64,000 nucleotides of DNA from Octopus sinensis (taxonomy: Eukaryota), in assembly GCF_006345805.1 (NCBI RefSeq), contig NC_043003.1, positions 116,002,001 through 116,066,000 on the forward strand, in the 5' to 3' direction. The translations under genes were made by a program, and so were the position numbers. This document shows positions 11,125-24,060 of the stretch, piece by piece (the stretch's first letter is position 1; the number at the start of each line of letters is the position of its first letter). Below the pieces are notes generated by a model, which worked only from the letters and a program-made list of their open reading frames with translations, did no database searches and was not told where the DNA came from.

Positions 11125-11188
<64 letters not shown>

Positions 11189-11624
11189 CATACATACATA
11201 CATACATACATGCATACATACATATGTGCTTGATTGTGTGTCTGTGCGTATGTGTATCTATATGTCGATTCCATCGGCATACTTTTACTAGTTGTTCTAA
11301 TGATTTTTAATTCAGAATATGGGATGACATCGTCTTTGCATCCTATATCAACCGTAACTGAAAGGTTATTTCACGCCGAGAGCAACTTGTAATATATAAT
11401 CTAATATGTCCTTCGTGTTCAATATTTCAGCTTATTAGATAAGCAGAAATTTACTGTTATTTCTAGAAAGTCTTTGGACTATAACTGCGTGCAAGCTTCC
11501 ATGCAAGAAAATACGTTAAGTTCTTTAATCGTGTTTTCTCCACCATTTATTTCATGTCATGTTACACTATACTCGCCCATAAAATTATTCTCCCTTCGTT
11601 CAACACACACTCAAATTTAGGTGA

Positions 11625-11820
11625 AACAGAGTCGTTAGCATTTCGAACAAGATGCACAGTGATATTTATTCGACCTATTTAAGTTCAAATCTCGCTGATT
11701 TGCCTTTCATTCTACGAAGTATAATAAAATTATGTACCAGTCAAGGACTGAGGTCGTTGTAATCGACTCCCCGCACGCCCCAAACATTCAGGGTTTATGT
11801 CTATATTAGAAACAATTATT
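11625..11820 (+). mobile_element. Old SINE, family B-like
   Basis: GTCGTTAGCA...AAGTTCAAATC...TTTGCCTTTCAT...GTACCAG...GTAATCGACT, diverged from family B. Confidence 0.5.
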
Positions 11821-12594
11821 TTGCCAAATGACATTTTCAGGAAATTATGATATACCTTCTTTGTTTCGAACGTAAAACATACTTGTTTCGAATGTTGCTA
11901 GGAGCTAAATATAATGTCAGAATTTTCGTTATTCATGTGATTTGCTATTTATGATATATCAATGTACTTGCACTAAATGCTAATACTAAATGTGTGACTT
12001 ATATAGTTTCTTTGGGCTTCGCAGAAGACTGTTAAAAGATTTAGCTGTGAGAAATGAATAACTATAAAAATTGTTTCTTTTGATCATCCCGTCTGAGCAA
12101 ATTAGATTGGCGCCAGTAAAATCTTCCGATAACAAAGAAACTGAAAAGTTATCTGGTTGTTATATGTGATATAGGCAGACAAATCTTAGATCAAAGTGAC
12201 ATCGATCAGCGTTAGAATTACTGGAATATAACCGAGCTGATTTCTTTCTGTTAAGCGACATGTATTTCATATTGAAAAATCCAGAGTGAGAGAGTCAGCT
12301 AGCTACATTGTTAGATACAGATATACAGAGAACAAAAAAGAGATAGAAAGGGATAGTGTGGGGAGAGATCGTTAGTTAGATTGGCCAGAACAAACCTCAA
12401 TGAAAGCGTGCTACAATGTTACTATCGATGACAACAATTTGTTTTACGATGAAAATAATTCAAAGCTATCAGTACGACTCTAAACTACCACCATTGCCCA
12501 CAGTGACGAGGACATGGGCAGCATCCAGAGACATATCCTACATTATCTCCATATAGACATCCCACATAATATTCATATATACTTTTAGGCATAT

Positions 12595-12630
<36 letters not shown>

Positions 12631-12680
12631 AATTGATTCCGGAATATATTCAGGAATTGCATTAGCAGAAATATAATAAA

Positions 12681-13094
12681 GGCGGTGAGCTGGCAGAATC
12701 GTTAGCACGCCGGACGAAATGCTTAGCAGTATTTCGTCTGCCGCTACGTTCTGAGTTCAAATTCCGCCGAGGTTGACTTTACCTTTCATCATTTCGGGGT
12801 CGATAAATTAGGTACCAGTTACGCACTGTGGTCGATGTAATCGACTTAATCCCTTTGTCTGTCCGTGTTTATCTCCTCTGTGTTCAGCCCCTTGTGGGTA
12901 GTAAAGAAATAGGTATTTCGTCTACCGTTACGTTCTGAGTTCAAATTCCGCCGAATTTGACCTTGTCTTTCATCCTATCGGGGTTGATAAATTAGGTACC
13001 AGTTACGCACTGGGGTCGATGTAACGACTTAATCCGTTTGTCTGTCCTTGTTTGTCCCCTCTATGTTTAGCCCCTTGTGGGTAATAAAGGAATA
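12681..13094 (+). mobile_element. tRNA-derived SINE, family B, with tandemly duplicated 3' half
   Basis: GGCGGTGAGCTGGCAG...GAGTTCAAATTCC head; ~185-bp 3' part repeated; 12-bp TSD AGAAATATAATA at 12667-12678 and 13095-13106. Confidence 0.9.
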
Positions 13095-13398
13095 AGAAAT
13101 ATAATACGAGGCACATTATTTCCTAAAACAAAAAGAACTTATCCATTAAAGCCTATGTATTTCTATTGCAATGAATTGCATTAGATAGTTGCTGTCACAC
13201 TTCGCCATACCTGAGCATAACTCAGTGAATACTGAGATGTTTGCGAAACATGGGTCCTAGACTTTACATTCGGTAGCATGCTTAGAGAGAATTTGACGCT
13301 TGAAGCGAAAGTTTGGTGGAAACATTGCCATATGTTGAGCATCCCTCTCTCGCAGTGTCTTGGGGAAGTTTCCTACGATTACTACATTTATTCTATAC

Positions 13399-13847
13399 GA
13401 TCTTTTCGGTTTGAACGGCAGTTTTTTCTAGCGGTGTCATATGAAATTGTCACCCATAATTATGACCCTAGTATCGCTCTATTGCATTTCAATCTGTTTT
13501 AGGGTTAGGGTTAGTTAGGGTTAGGGTTAAGATTAGGGTTAGGGTTAGAGTGGGAGGAAGGGTAACTTTTTTTCTTCACAAATGTAAATAAACCCAATCG
13601 GTTTCTTAAACGCGTGACATATTCATACGGCACAGAATGTTGTTTACCTCAATAGACGTCAGTGATTGGTTGAAATTGCAGAAATTGAAGGAAAAAAAAC
13701 AACAAATATCTTACAAACTATGGAATTTTCTCAATTAAGCCAAGAGAAAAACATGTTTTATAAACACATTCTACCAGTATACGAAGTTTAAAAGTTTTTA
13801 GTTACCTAGAAATTATGTTAAAAACTGCCGTTCAAACCGAAAAGATC
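13399..13847. mobile_element. Non-autonomous TIR element carrying an internal TTAGGG tract
   Basis: 27-bp TIR GATCTTTTCGGTTTGAACGGCAGTTTT at both ends; degenerate (TTAGGG)n at 13499-13550; related copy at 46028-46470. Confidence 0.85.
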
Positions 13848-15319
13848 CATTCTATAATTGCTGCAGCATTTTTGGAAATCATTTGAAAAACATGTTAATG
13901 AATTTCAGAGTCCCATTATTTGTTGTAGTTAAAAAAAATAATTAACCTGAATTGTGGAAAAGTTGATTTTTCTTTTTGTTGTTGTTATTGTTGTTGTTGT
14001 GGTGGTGGTGCTGGTCTGTGTCTCTAAAGTTGAAAACTTACGCAAGACGTATTAATACAGTATTTAAACCATATTTATGTTTACGTTGATTAGGAATACT
14101 CTGCTATCAAGTTTCAAATGCTGGTCTGAAGTGCGAGAAGATTGAAAAGTTTATTGAACACCTTTGATAGGTTTCATATACAACAAATACCAATATAAAC
14201 CTGGCTGAAAGCTTAAATTTTTTAAAAAATTAACATTTTCAAGGAACATTCATAGAAAAGCGATGATTAATGTCTAAGTAATTGGATCAGAGAACTGTTA
14301 TTTGAATATATTACATGATGCTCTAAGCAAGTGGATGTGATGTATCAATAAACGAAGACACATTCAAAGATAGAAAAACAGCAGAAATAAATGCTGATAC
14401 GAAACCAACAAATACAAATAAATATTCCAATATGAAGGCGACGACAGATGCAGCCAAAAGGCAAATAGATTGCACGAGGAACGTGGATGCAGCTCGGGCA
14501 GACAGGCACAAAAAGGCGATTTCAACGATGAGTTTTCCGCTAAACGTTGGCCGACTCAACGGCACCGAAGCGATAACATAACGATTTCACCTTTCACTGT
14601 ACTTTCCTTGCTGGCCATTAAATGCAGATCACAGTGTATACAATCGAATTCTCATTAAACATTGATTGAAACGAGATAGATGGCTACTTTGCGAGTCGGC
14701 CGACATTACAGATTGACCTCCGGTCCTAACACTTGTCTTCCAGCTGGTAGGGTTTTAAATTCATTCAATTTCTCTTCAGAACCAAACAAAGGAAAGACGG
14801 TGGGGGTGAATAACGATAAAAGACAAAAAAATAAATAAATAATAAATAAGAATAATAAAGCTGCTCAAAGAATAAAAACTCCAAGTTCAACAAGAATACT
14901 AAACAATACACAAATATTAACTTCGTTCGTATCAATTTCTCATCAACTTCATCTTTCGATGTCAGAAACTTTTGAACTTTGACATCATCACTGTATCATA
15001 CTGACGCTACTATCATCTGTTTGTAATGTCTGAAGGAAATTCCTTTCTTTCATTGTGTTTTTCTTCTTCAAAGATTCGCACTGCTTTTAGGAAAGAGAAA
15101 ACTTCAAATTACGAATGCTTCGCTACATATATGAATGTAGACTCACTTTACCAAAGTAACAACGTTAATATGCCATAATGAGTAGAGACTACTACAAACA
15201 TACGCAACAACATTCCCCATTAAAACTGCCATTTGGTTATTATCAAAAGTACCAGTTCACTTAGCAAATAAAATAAAGATTTGTCAGCCACAAATTCACA
15301 AGCCTTCACCCAACCGAAC

Positions 15320-15658
15320 TCATCATTATCATAACCATCATCCTTCTCCTCTGCCTCCTCTTTTCTTCATCACCATCATCGTCGTCATCGTCGTCGTCGT
15401 CGTCGTCGTCATCATTATCACCATCCCTACAACCAACTACCATCATACCCAACAATAACATCCTCATTGTTCTCTTCTTCACATATCTGCTACTACCACC
15501 AACAACTACAACACTGCTACTACTACTTCTAGAAATACTTTCTCCTCATCATTTGAACTTCATAATTACTGCCAAAAATATCATCTTAATTATCATCATC
15601 ATTATTGTTATTATTATCATCATAATAATAATAATAATTATTATTATTATTATTATTA

Positions 15659-15751
<93 letters not shown>

Positions 15752-15794
15752 CTACTAGTTGTAGTAGTAGTAGTGGTGGTAGTAGTAATAGTGC

Positions 15795-15834
<40 letters not shown>

Positions 15835-15866
15835 GGTGGTAGTGGTGGTGGTGGTGGTGGTAGTAT
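15320..15866. repeat. Compound trinucleotide microsatellite (CAT/CGT, ATT, AGT, GGT)
   Basis: Direct inspection; source of the poly-I/S/T/G ORFs. Confidence 0.9.
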
Positions 15867-16534
15867 CATTGCCTTCCCACCTCCACCACTGCGTAACCCT
15901 CATTTTTCTCTCCTTCCTCAACGTCATCATCAACAAATTAACCATCTCTCGCATCAATCAAACCAATCTTTCTTCCATCCATTTGTCCAAACAGCATTAA
16001 CTTTCAAATGTTATGTTGGAAATGTTTGGTTCCTAAAATGGTGAAAAATAAAAGGTCACGTCACAACCATCACCACGCTCTCTAGTAGAGGCACCATTAT
16101 TATCGCAGGCAGTTCAACTATTCATGCTTATTGCAGTAAAACTACAACAAAGAGTAAAATTACTAATATATAAATAATGATTTATTTCACCAGGCACATG
16201 GCCAAATTTTATAGAAGTGTTGCAGTAGATGAGGGCAAGATATATCAATATAGAATTACCATTGCTTATTTTATCGATTCCAAAAGAGTTAATGTTGGAG
16301 TAGTTCTTGGTTCATTTCGAATCAAGGCAGTATCTATTGATTGCTGTAGTTACTTCACTCGGCCAGTGAATAGTACCTGCAATGATTCCACCATTTATAT
16401 AAGAATTTTAACGGAAATTTTATTATGAGTGAAAGTTCTCCTATTATAGGACATGAATTATTAGGTTTGATATGTTTAACTCTTCCCTGTATAAAAGATC
16501 AACCCCCGAGAAAGCTCTACCAAACATTGCATCT

Positions 16535-16872
16535 GAGACCCACTTCGGTCACGACACAGACCATGGGATTGCACCTAGAAAGTACCCTCCCAGGCACAAG
16601 TCCGTGCAAGGTTGTTTATGGAAGACCATCAGTTGCCCATGCATACCGGCCTCCCCTCCACGCCACCGATGTTATCCAAGGGAAAAGCAAAGGGGCCGAT
16701 ACAGCTTGGCACCTATGACATCGCAACTCATTTCTACAGCTGAGTGAACTGGAGTAACGTGAAATAAAGTGACTTGCTCAAGAACATAACACGCAGCCCG
16801 GTCCGGGATTCGAGATCACAATATCACGATCGTAAGCTCGACGCTCTAATAACTGAGCAATGCGCCTTCACC
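16535..16872 (-). mobile_element. tRNA-derived CORE-like SINE, family C
   Basis: Reverse complement of 51610-51946; CTTGAGCAAG...CCAGTTCACTCAGCTGTAGAAATGAG resembles the CORE domain. Confidence 0.85.
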
Positions 16873-18106
16873 AAACACTGCATAACTATTAAATAATTAA
16901 TTAATCAATTAATGAAAATATGGTAGCAGTGAGTTTTATAGTAGCTTAATTATCGTAGTTTGGTTCTCATAAGTAGCGTAATCAACGGATGATCTACTAA
17001 CGACTAACGACTAGATGATATATACATATTGCTTCCGAGGAGGTGAATCACTGCTGTCAATAGTAGGCGAGTATTCATCCTTTACAAGACTGGAGGCAGC
17101 AGAGACATGTCGTCGCTCTAAATGAGTGCATTTTGCACCAAAAGCCAATATGCGACTTTCTCCCATGGCAACTACAGCAGTACAGTTTGTTCAAACAGAA
17201 CATCCACGTTTCAGAAGGAATAAATATTAACCAACGACTAAGCATTCTGCCAATGCTCTTTTGAAGATATAAAATATGAGTCTTCTGACCATCACATTAT
17301 AACGGACATGAGTTATTTGTCATGCCAAATTTTAAAAATTATACGTGCGGCAGAATTCAATATATGACCCTCCCATATGAACTCCCGTATTTGTTAGTAA
17401 ACACCCAAGTGTTTGTATACTAAGGTCTGTGGATGTGTGATTAACAATTTCACACCAAAGTCATGGTATCCCCTCATACATTCTATACTAAGGCACGTAC
17501 AACAAAAGCAAACTTCATTTCCTATAATCTTTACGGCGCTTCTAAACCATGGGAAGAGCATTTTCAGTAAAAATGTTTTTTTTTAATTGTTAAAATTTTC
17601 AGAGGGAAAAGTGGTTTAAGGATAATTTGGCTGTCGTTTCTAGCACATCCAAAGACAACCCACCTCATTTCTGTATCCCTCTCGCATAAATTGATGCTTT
17701 TCAATGTTTTCCCCATAAATACGTTTATATGATATGAAAACAAAAATTTAAGAAATTATGAATTTTTTGCAACCCCACATCCTGCTCCCGATTGTTCTGT
17801 TTAGAAATTAAAATATTGGAGAAACAAAGAAGGTCTTTTCTGGCATCTATCCAAAGTGATTTTTTAAAATTATGGAGATGTACTTGCATAGCAAGTGACT
17901 TGATCTGAGATCATGTGCTGAAACGAAAACAATTGCAGTGTGGAAGATGTTTGTAAACCATTCAAAAACACACAAATACCGTTAGTTTCACTTTAACATT
18001 AAAACTTCATTTGTTTCATAATATTTTCGTCGCTTTGAAACCGCGACCTGTTCACAGCGAAAACTTCAAGTTTTGTCCGTGAATAGCACACACACACACA
18101 CAAATA

Positions 18107-18497
18107 ATCAGGAGTCAATAAGATATATTAAAATGTAATGGAAGGGAGGAAATCATAATGAACCAAGTAATTTCTCTAGATATATAGACTTTTTTGCAAT
18201 TATTTCATATTTATAGAAATATATATATATATATATTTCCATTTCTATTAATGTTCAAATCTTAATATATTTTATAAACAAATAAAAGAATTAATATACC
18301 ATACTAGCTTTTATTTAACCTGCATAGATTACTAAGAAATTTCATTATATATATAAATTTGAATATAATGAAATTAGAATTTTTTTATACTCTCCTATAT
18401 AAGATTGCATAAAATTCTATATATCTAGGGAAATTAGTTGGTTCATCTTGATTACCTCCCTTCCATTACTTTTTAATATATCTTATTGACTCCTGAT
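18107..18497. repeat. Foldback element with ~94-bp imperfect inverted arms
   Basis: ATCAGGAGTCAATAAGATATATT...GCAAT (18107-18200) is the reverse complement of 18404-18497. Confidence 0.8.
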
Positions 18498-18626
18498 ATA
18501 TTTGCTAAATTGATAAGTTTTTTCCACAGTTAGTAAATAGTATGTCTAACATATTCTTTTAATACAACTCATTAATAAAATAAATCACCATTTACTAGCT
18601 AATTATGATTCTATATTAATAGAAAT

Positions 18627-18704
<78 letters not shown>

Positions 18705-19521
18705 ATAGGAAATGATTTCTATATTTTCTATCCCTATATAAGATACTAATATTTATTGAAATCATTTAGAAAATTATCTAAAGGACATTTACTTCAATTT
18801 CTTCATATAGAATCTGGCTGTTAAATGGCAAGGGACATTGAAAACCTCTAGAGCATTAATAGTCTCTGCTCCCCTTACACCTCTAACTTCAACCTACTAG
18901 AATTTTGCTATAATACATTCAAATATATCTAAACTGAATTCCTCGAAATAGGATGGGTTTATGGTTTTGACATTTGTACTACCCCTTCCTATATCTATAA
19001 ATAGAAAAAAAAATCTTGTTTGTCTCCATTCAACCAAGAATAAAAACCCCTCCCCACTAACTGATCTAAATAACAAAGTGAACACAATGATAAAATATGC
19101 AGACGGAGCGTAAACATACTAAGAATGAAATCAACCTCTCTGTCTATATATCTACCCTCTTTATAATGTTGGCAAATGAAATAGGGATAATAATGTGCAT
19201 TGTTCGTTTAATTGGAAAATTCTATAAGTGGCTGAAGATTGCTCGACATTTTAAAACTGATGTAATACTTACAGTGTTTAATAAAATGAAGTAGCATGAA
19301 ACAATTGTACTACTCTACCTTGGATATTCTTGTTCCTTATTTTGATTATAATCACCCCACTTGATTTATATGGCTAATACCATGCAAAATACTGGTGCCT
19401 TTAACTTAAGTACCATATTCCTCTGAATCTAAATTTTGCTGAACTTAAATATATATATATATATATACATGCATACATACATACATACATACATACATAC
19501 ATACATACATACATACATACA

Positions 19522-19553
<32 letters not shown>

Positions 19554-20039
19554 AGTATGTAGGTATGTATATAGAGACACAGGCACCCATATATCTATAA
19601 GATATGAAATATAATAACTTTTATTTAAATATGTGGTACAAAAGTGCACATTCAGTCCTTGCTCAACCCACTTCAGAATATTCTGCTATGCCTTTTAAAG
19701 GAGTTTTACACAGTGCTGAGGAATCATTAACACCCATCGATATAATTGTGACAGTTCGATGCTTTTGAAAATGTGATATTGCAAAAAGGGTATGAGGCGA
19801 ATATATTTTGCTGGATGTTTTTCCTACACTTATAGATTTTAGTAAATTATATTTATATATTTGTTTATGTTAAGGTTCACGCTTTAAGACACATACACTA
19901 AATGAAATGTGTGCATTTTCTCTATATATATTACTTGTAGTCATTCTCTATACAATATTAATAAAATTTAAGTGTTTATATCAGTAAGAGTATTTTTCAT
20001 TTAATATTACTCATATTTACATTTTCGTCATGGATGCAC

Positions 20040-20435
20040 ATAACACACACACACACACATACATACACACACAAATTCGCAGGAACACGCATATACACGT
20101 AATTATATGTATATATATATATATATAGTTCATCCAAACAAGAAAACACAAAAAAAACACAACAACGCGAGGACGTGGAACAAATAAAGTATTATTGAAC
20201 GCTCAGAAAAGAAGGGAAGAAGGAGGGTTTAACGTTTCGAGCGGAGCTTTTCGTCGGAAACATAGGAGAACGAAAGATCCCGAGAAGGGAAGACAGAGGA
20301 AAAAAATCGCCAGCGGTACTCACGAGGTAACACACACACACACACAACACACACACACACACACACACACCACACACACACACACACACACATACATACA
20401 CACACAAATTCGCAGGAACACGCATATACACGTAA

Positions 20436-20466
<31 letters not shown>

Positions 20467-20709
20467 GTTCATCCAAACAAGAAAACACAAAAAAAACACA
20501 ACAACGCGAGGACGTGGAACAAATAAAGTATTATTGAACGCTCAAAAAGAAGGGAAGAAGGAGGGTTTAACGTTTCGAGCGGAGCTTTTCGTCGGAAACA
20601 TAGGAGAACGAAAGATCCCGAGAAGGGAAGACAGAGGAAAAAAATCGCCAGCGGTACTCACGAGGTAACACACACACACACACACACACACCACACACAC
20701 ACACACACA

Positions 20710-20771
<62 letters not shown>

Positions 20772-20990
20772 AAACACACACATCCATACATACACACACG
20801 CGCACATAAATAGTTCAAATTTATAGAAAAACAAAGAGGAAGGCTGGTGTTGGAACACGAAGGAAGTGAATTAGTTTGACGCTCAGGAAAAATGGAAAAG
20901 TATTTTATGTTTCGAGCCTACGTTCTTCGACGTAAAGTTTTAAGAGGAAATAGATAGAGAATGAAAATAAAAACATGTGGAGTGAAGTGA
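20040..20990 (-). mobile_element. Tandem HHR-bearing PLE-pLTR/retrozyme-like units
   Basis: Two near-identical ~335-bp units (from 20073 and 20406) plus a diverged third; HHR-like motifs at 20227-20261, 20565-20599, 20902-20937. Confidence 0.65.
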
Positions 20991-21070
20991 TCCAACATGC
21001 TAGGTCTAAAATTTCTCTAAAAGATCAACGCAATACTTGTATTTGAATGGAGTTCACTGCAATTTTTTAA

Positions 21071-21286
21071 CCCCAAGAGGATATCTTCTCTAGCTGGTTG
21101 ACGATGCTCAGCTGCATCCGAATTATTGCGAGCAAGTGAGCGAATCCCGAAGACCTTCAAGCAATGGGACCACTAAAATAGCCTAGTGTATTTCGCTAGA
21201 AGATGGTAGGGGTTAGCTCCCTTGTTCGCAATATCTCAGAAGCAACTCTGCATCGTTAACCAGCTAGAGAAGATATCCTCTTGGGG
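21071..21286. mobile_element. MITE with ~37-bp TIRs (possibly piggyBac-like)
   Basis: CCCCAAGAGGATATCTTCTCTAGCTGGTTGACGATGC and its near-perfect reverse complement ending at 21286; flanks TTAA (left) and TTAC (right). Confidence 0.75.
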
Positions 21287-21369
21287 TTACAAAATCGTAG
21301 TAAAATCCGTTCGAATCGACAGCCATATTGAAGTGGCTACGAAGATTACTTATAATTGTATATATATAT

Positions 21370-21404
<35 letters not shown>

Positions 21405-21654
21405 GCATATATACATACATACATACACACACATACACACATCTGTATGTGTGAGCGTGTGTGCGTGTACGAAGGTATATACATGTATACATACATGAAT
21501 ACCTATAAATGCATTTGTCTATACGCTCGTGATTTCTTGCGTGTGTTTGCATGAGTATTTCTGGAAGTAAATAAATATATCATGCATTTATCCATATGTA
21601 TATTCACCATTTATACACACATACATACATATATATATTATATATATATATAAT

Positions 21655-21698
<44 letters not shown>

Positions 21699-21749
21699 TA
21701 TAGACACATACATATATATGTATATATGCATATATACATACTTACATAT

Positions 21750-21826
<77 letters not shown>

Positions 21827-21976
21827 TGTATATGTGTGTTTGTTGTGGCATACACTCAAACATATAGGAGCTTTTCAAGATTACACAACGATATACTGCA
21901 AGACACTGTTGATAATTTATCTTATTAGCTCTCACCTGCGTTATTAACACTGAGTTGGAATCCTGATTTGCAAGTC

Positions 21977-22015
<39 letters not shown>

Positions 22016-22336
22016 ATTGTGCCGCTGAACTGCAGTAGCTAACATGAATATGTATTAAGTCAAATATTTCTGTTGTAACTGTAGTTTAGTCACACATATT
22101 CCTTCATAAATTCAGACGATAATTAAATTATACAACATTGCTGTATGTAAAAAGCGAAAATGAAAAGTGACGCCATGCTGGTCAAACAACGTTTGAATTT
22201 CTCGCGGTGAAGAAAATCGTGTCTGGAATGCTAAGTGTACATAAATGTAAATACCTTTATAAGACATAAATATATGCATACGTACACACATTTAATCAGT
22301 CACTCGCACAAACACACACATATATATGTATATATT

Positions 22337-22369
<33 letters not shown>

Positions 22370-22371
22370 CG

Positions 22372-22423
<52 letters not shown>

Positions 22424-22556
22424 TATATATTCATTTACTATGCATATGTGTGTATATATATATATACACACATACACAGATGCATATAAACATATATTTA
22501 TATATATGTTAGATAATTAGATTAACGGACACGCAGACAGACACACAATCAGACAG

Positions 22557-22557
22557 G

Positions 22558-22637
<80 letters not shown>
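22557..22637. repeat. (GATA)n microsatellite
   Basis: Direct inspection. Confidence 0.95.
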
Positions 22638-22639
<2 letters not shown>

Positions 22640-23753
22640 CAATATATATATTTGCGAAACTAAAATGACACTTGGGATTGTTAAACATATACAATATGTA
22701 TCTTAAACACAAAGACACTGTATGAAATTATGTACATAGCGGTGATTATGCGCAGAAATATAACCAGGAACATTTGTGCGAGATATGTGAATTAATATGC
22801 TGACGACACTAATTTATTAAAATATGAAGTGTGTTTTCTATATACAGAAGGAATTCATGAAGTCATCATTTACATTACAGCCCACTTTTCGCTACATTAG
22901 AAGATTAGTAACAAAATAAGAAACATTTGTTTTTTCGCTAGAAATATATATCTTTGATTATTTTTCATGTAGTAATTATAAAGTATGTATTTTTCATGAG
23001 TGCATGTAAGTTATATTGCCATCGACTTTAAGTACAGCATCAGCGGGATGCCAAAGGCATACAGCAGTTTTACTCCATTTTCTTGCGGAAACTGTAAACA
23101 TAGTGGCTCCGAATGGCCAGCGGCTGCAGCTTTTCTTATGATCGAAAATCAGAACTCTTTCCAAATACTCCGTTTAGGAAAGCAATTACAAAGAATCCAC
23201 AGGTGAAGACTGTATAATCGATCACGTATATTATGCAGCGAAGCCCATCTTTCGTTGCGGTATTCCTATGTAGTGTTGTATTAGAATGTGGCAGTCTCCT
23301 GTGGTTCATCAAGAGAGAAAGAAATATCGAAAATATTTTGAACTCAGGGTGCCATAGAAATATATTAACACTTTCCGAGCAACTTAATAATTGGGGAAAA
23401 GTTCGCACAATTAGACTATTTGAGACTATTTACCAATTCTTCCACATGAACAACCCTCAGTATGTGGATGCTCCCTCCACAGTCTCAAGAAAATTTTCTC
23501 ACAGAATGCGGAAGGAACATTCTGCATTCTGTGAGAAAATTTTCTTGAGAAAATAAAACAAAAGGAAAAGAAAGATGTGGAATTATTTTTGTGCTTTCCA
23601 CAAATATTTTAAACAACCTCTATTTTGCAACACCATATAATCTTCACCTCAAAATTAAAAAAGATATATTTGAAATGCAGTATTTATGAATTTGCGCTAA
23701 ATGACAAATGCCCCAAAATTAATTTAGTGTATTATCCTTATTCTTATTCTTAA

Positions 23754-24060
23754 CCCCTTACCCGGCAGAAACGAATATATTCGTTTTGACCGAAATCGTT
23801 TTTTTCTATCTCTGGCGAGTTAACTCGCCAAAAGATAGACTCGCCAAAATCGACAGCAAACGAGTTCCTTCGTCTAAAAACGGGTTAACTCGTTTCTGCC
23901 CAAAGCGGTAATTTAAAATCAATATTATTGAATTAAAATTCATAATAAATAAGGTTTGAAATATACCTCGAAATCACCATTCAAACATAGTAAAATAAAA
24001 CAATTAAAAAATATGTCTGAAAAAATACATTTATTTTCAAAATAATTGTTGGGTAAGGGG
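23754..24060. mobile_element. piggyBac-like MITE
   Basis: TTAA TSD at 23750-23753 and 24061-24064; TIR CCCCTTACCC / GGGTAAGGGG; internal palindromes. Confidence 0.85.

Larger units (their letters stand above)
5584..11127 (-). mobile_element. Penelope-like retroelement (Neptune-like), near full length, inserted in (TA)n
   Basis: RT and GIY-YIG frames; direct repeat 5584-5936 / 10183-10536; inverted copy 10537-11127; (TA)n on both flanks. Confidence 0.92.

Noticed and set aside
14323-14565. 80-aa hydrophobic minus-strand ORF resembling a membrane protein
   Set aside because: Non-ATG start, in-frame stop just upstream, no splice acceptor and no recognisable family.
15549-16044. Long ORFs of poly-I/S/T/L/V
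   Set aside because: Translations of trinucleotide microsatellites; the same applies to all IY/HT/CV-repeat ORFs across the window.
18800-19450. Possible decayed PLE endonuclease on the minus strand
   Set aside because: No GIY-YIG motif could be recovered in any frame.
23000-23556. Possible Tc1/mariner transposase remnant (ILCSEAHL, VDAPST)
   Set aside because: Only faint motif resemblance; no TIRs and no intact DDE residues.
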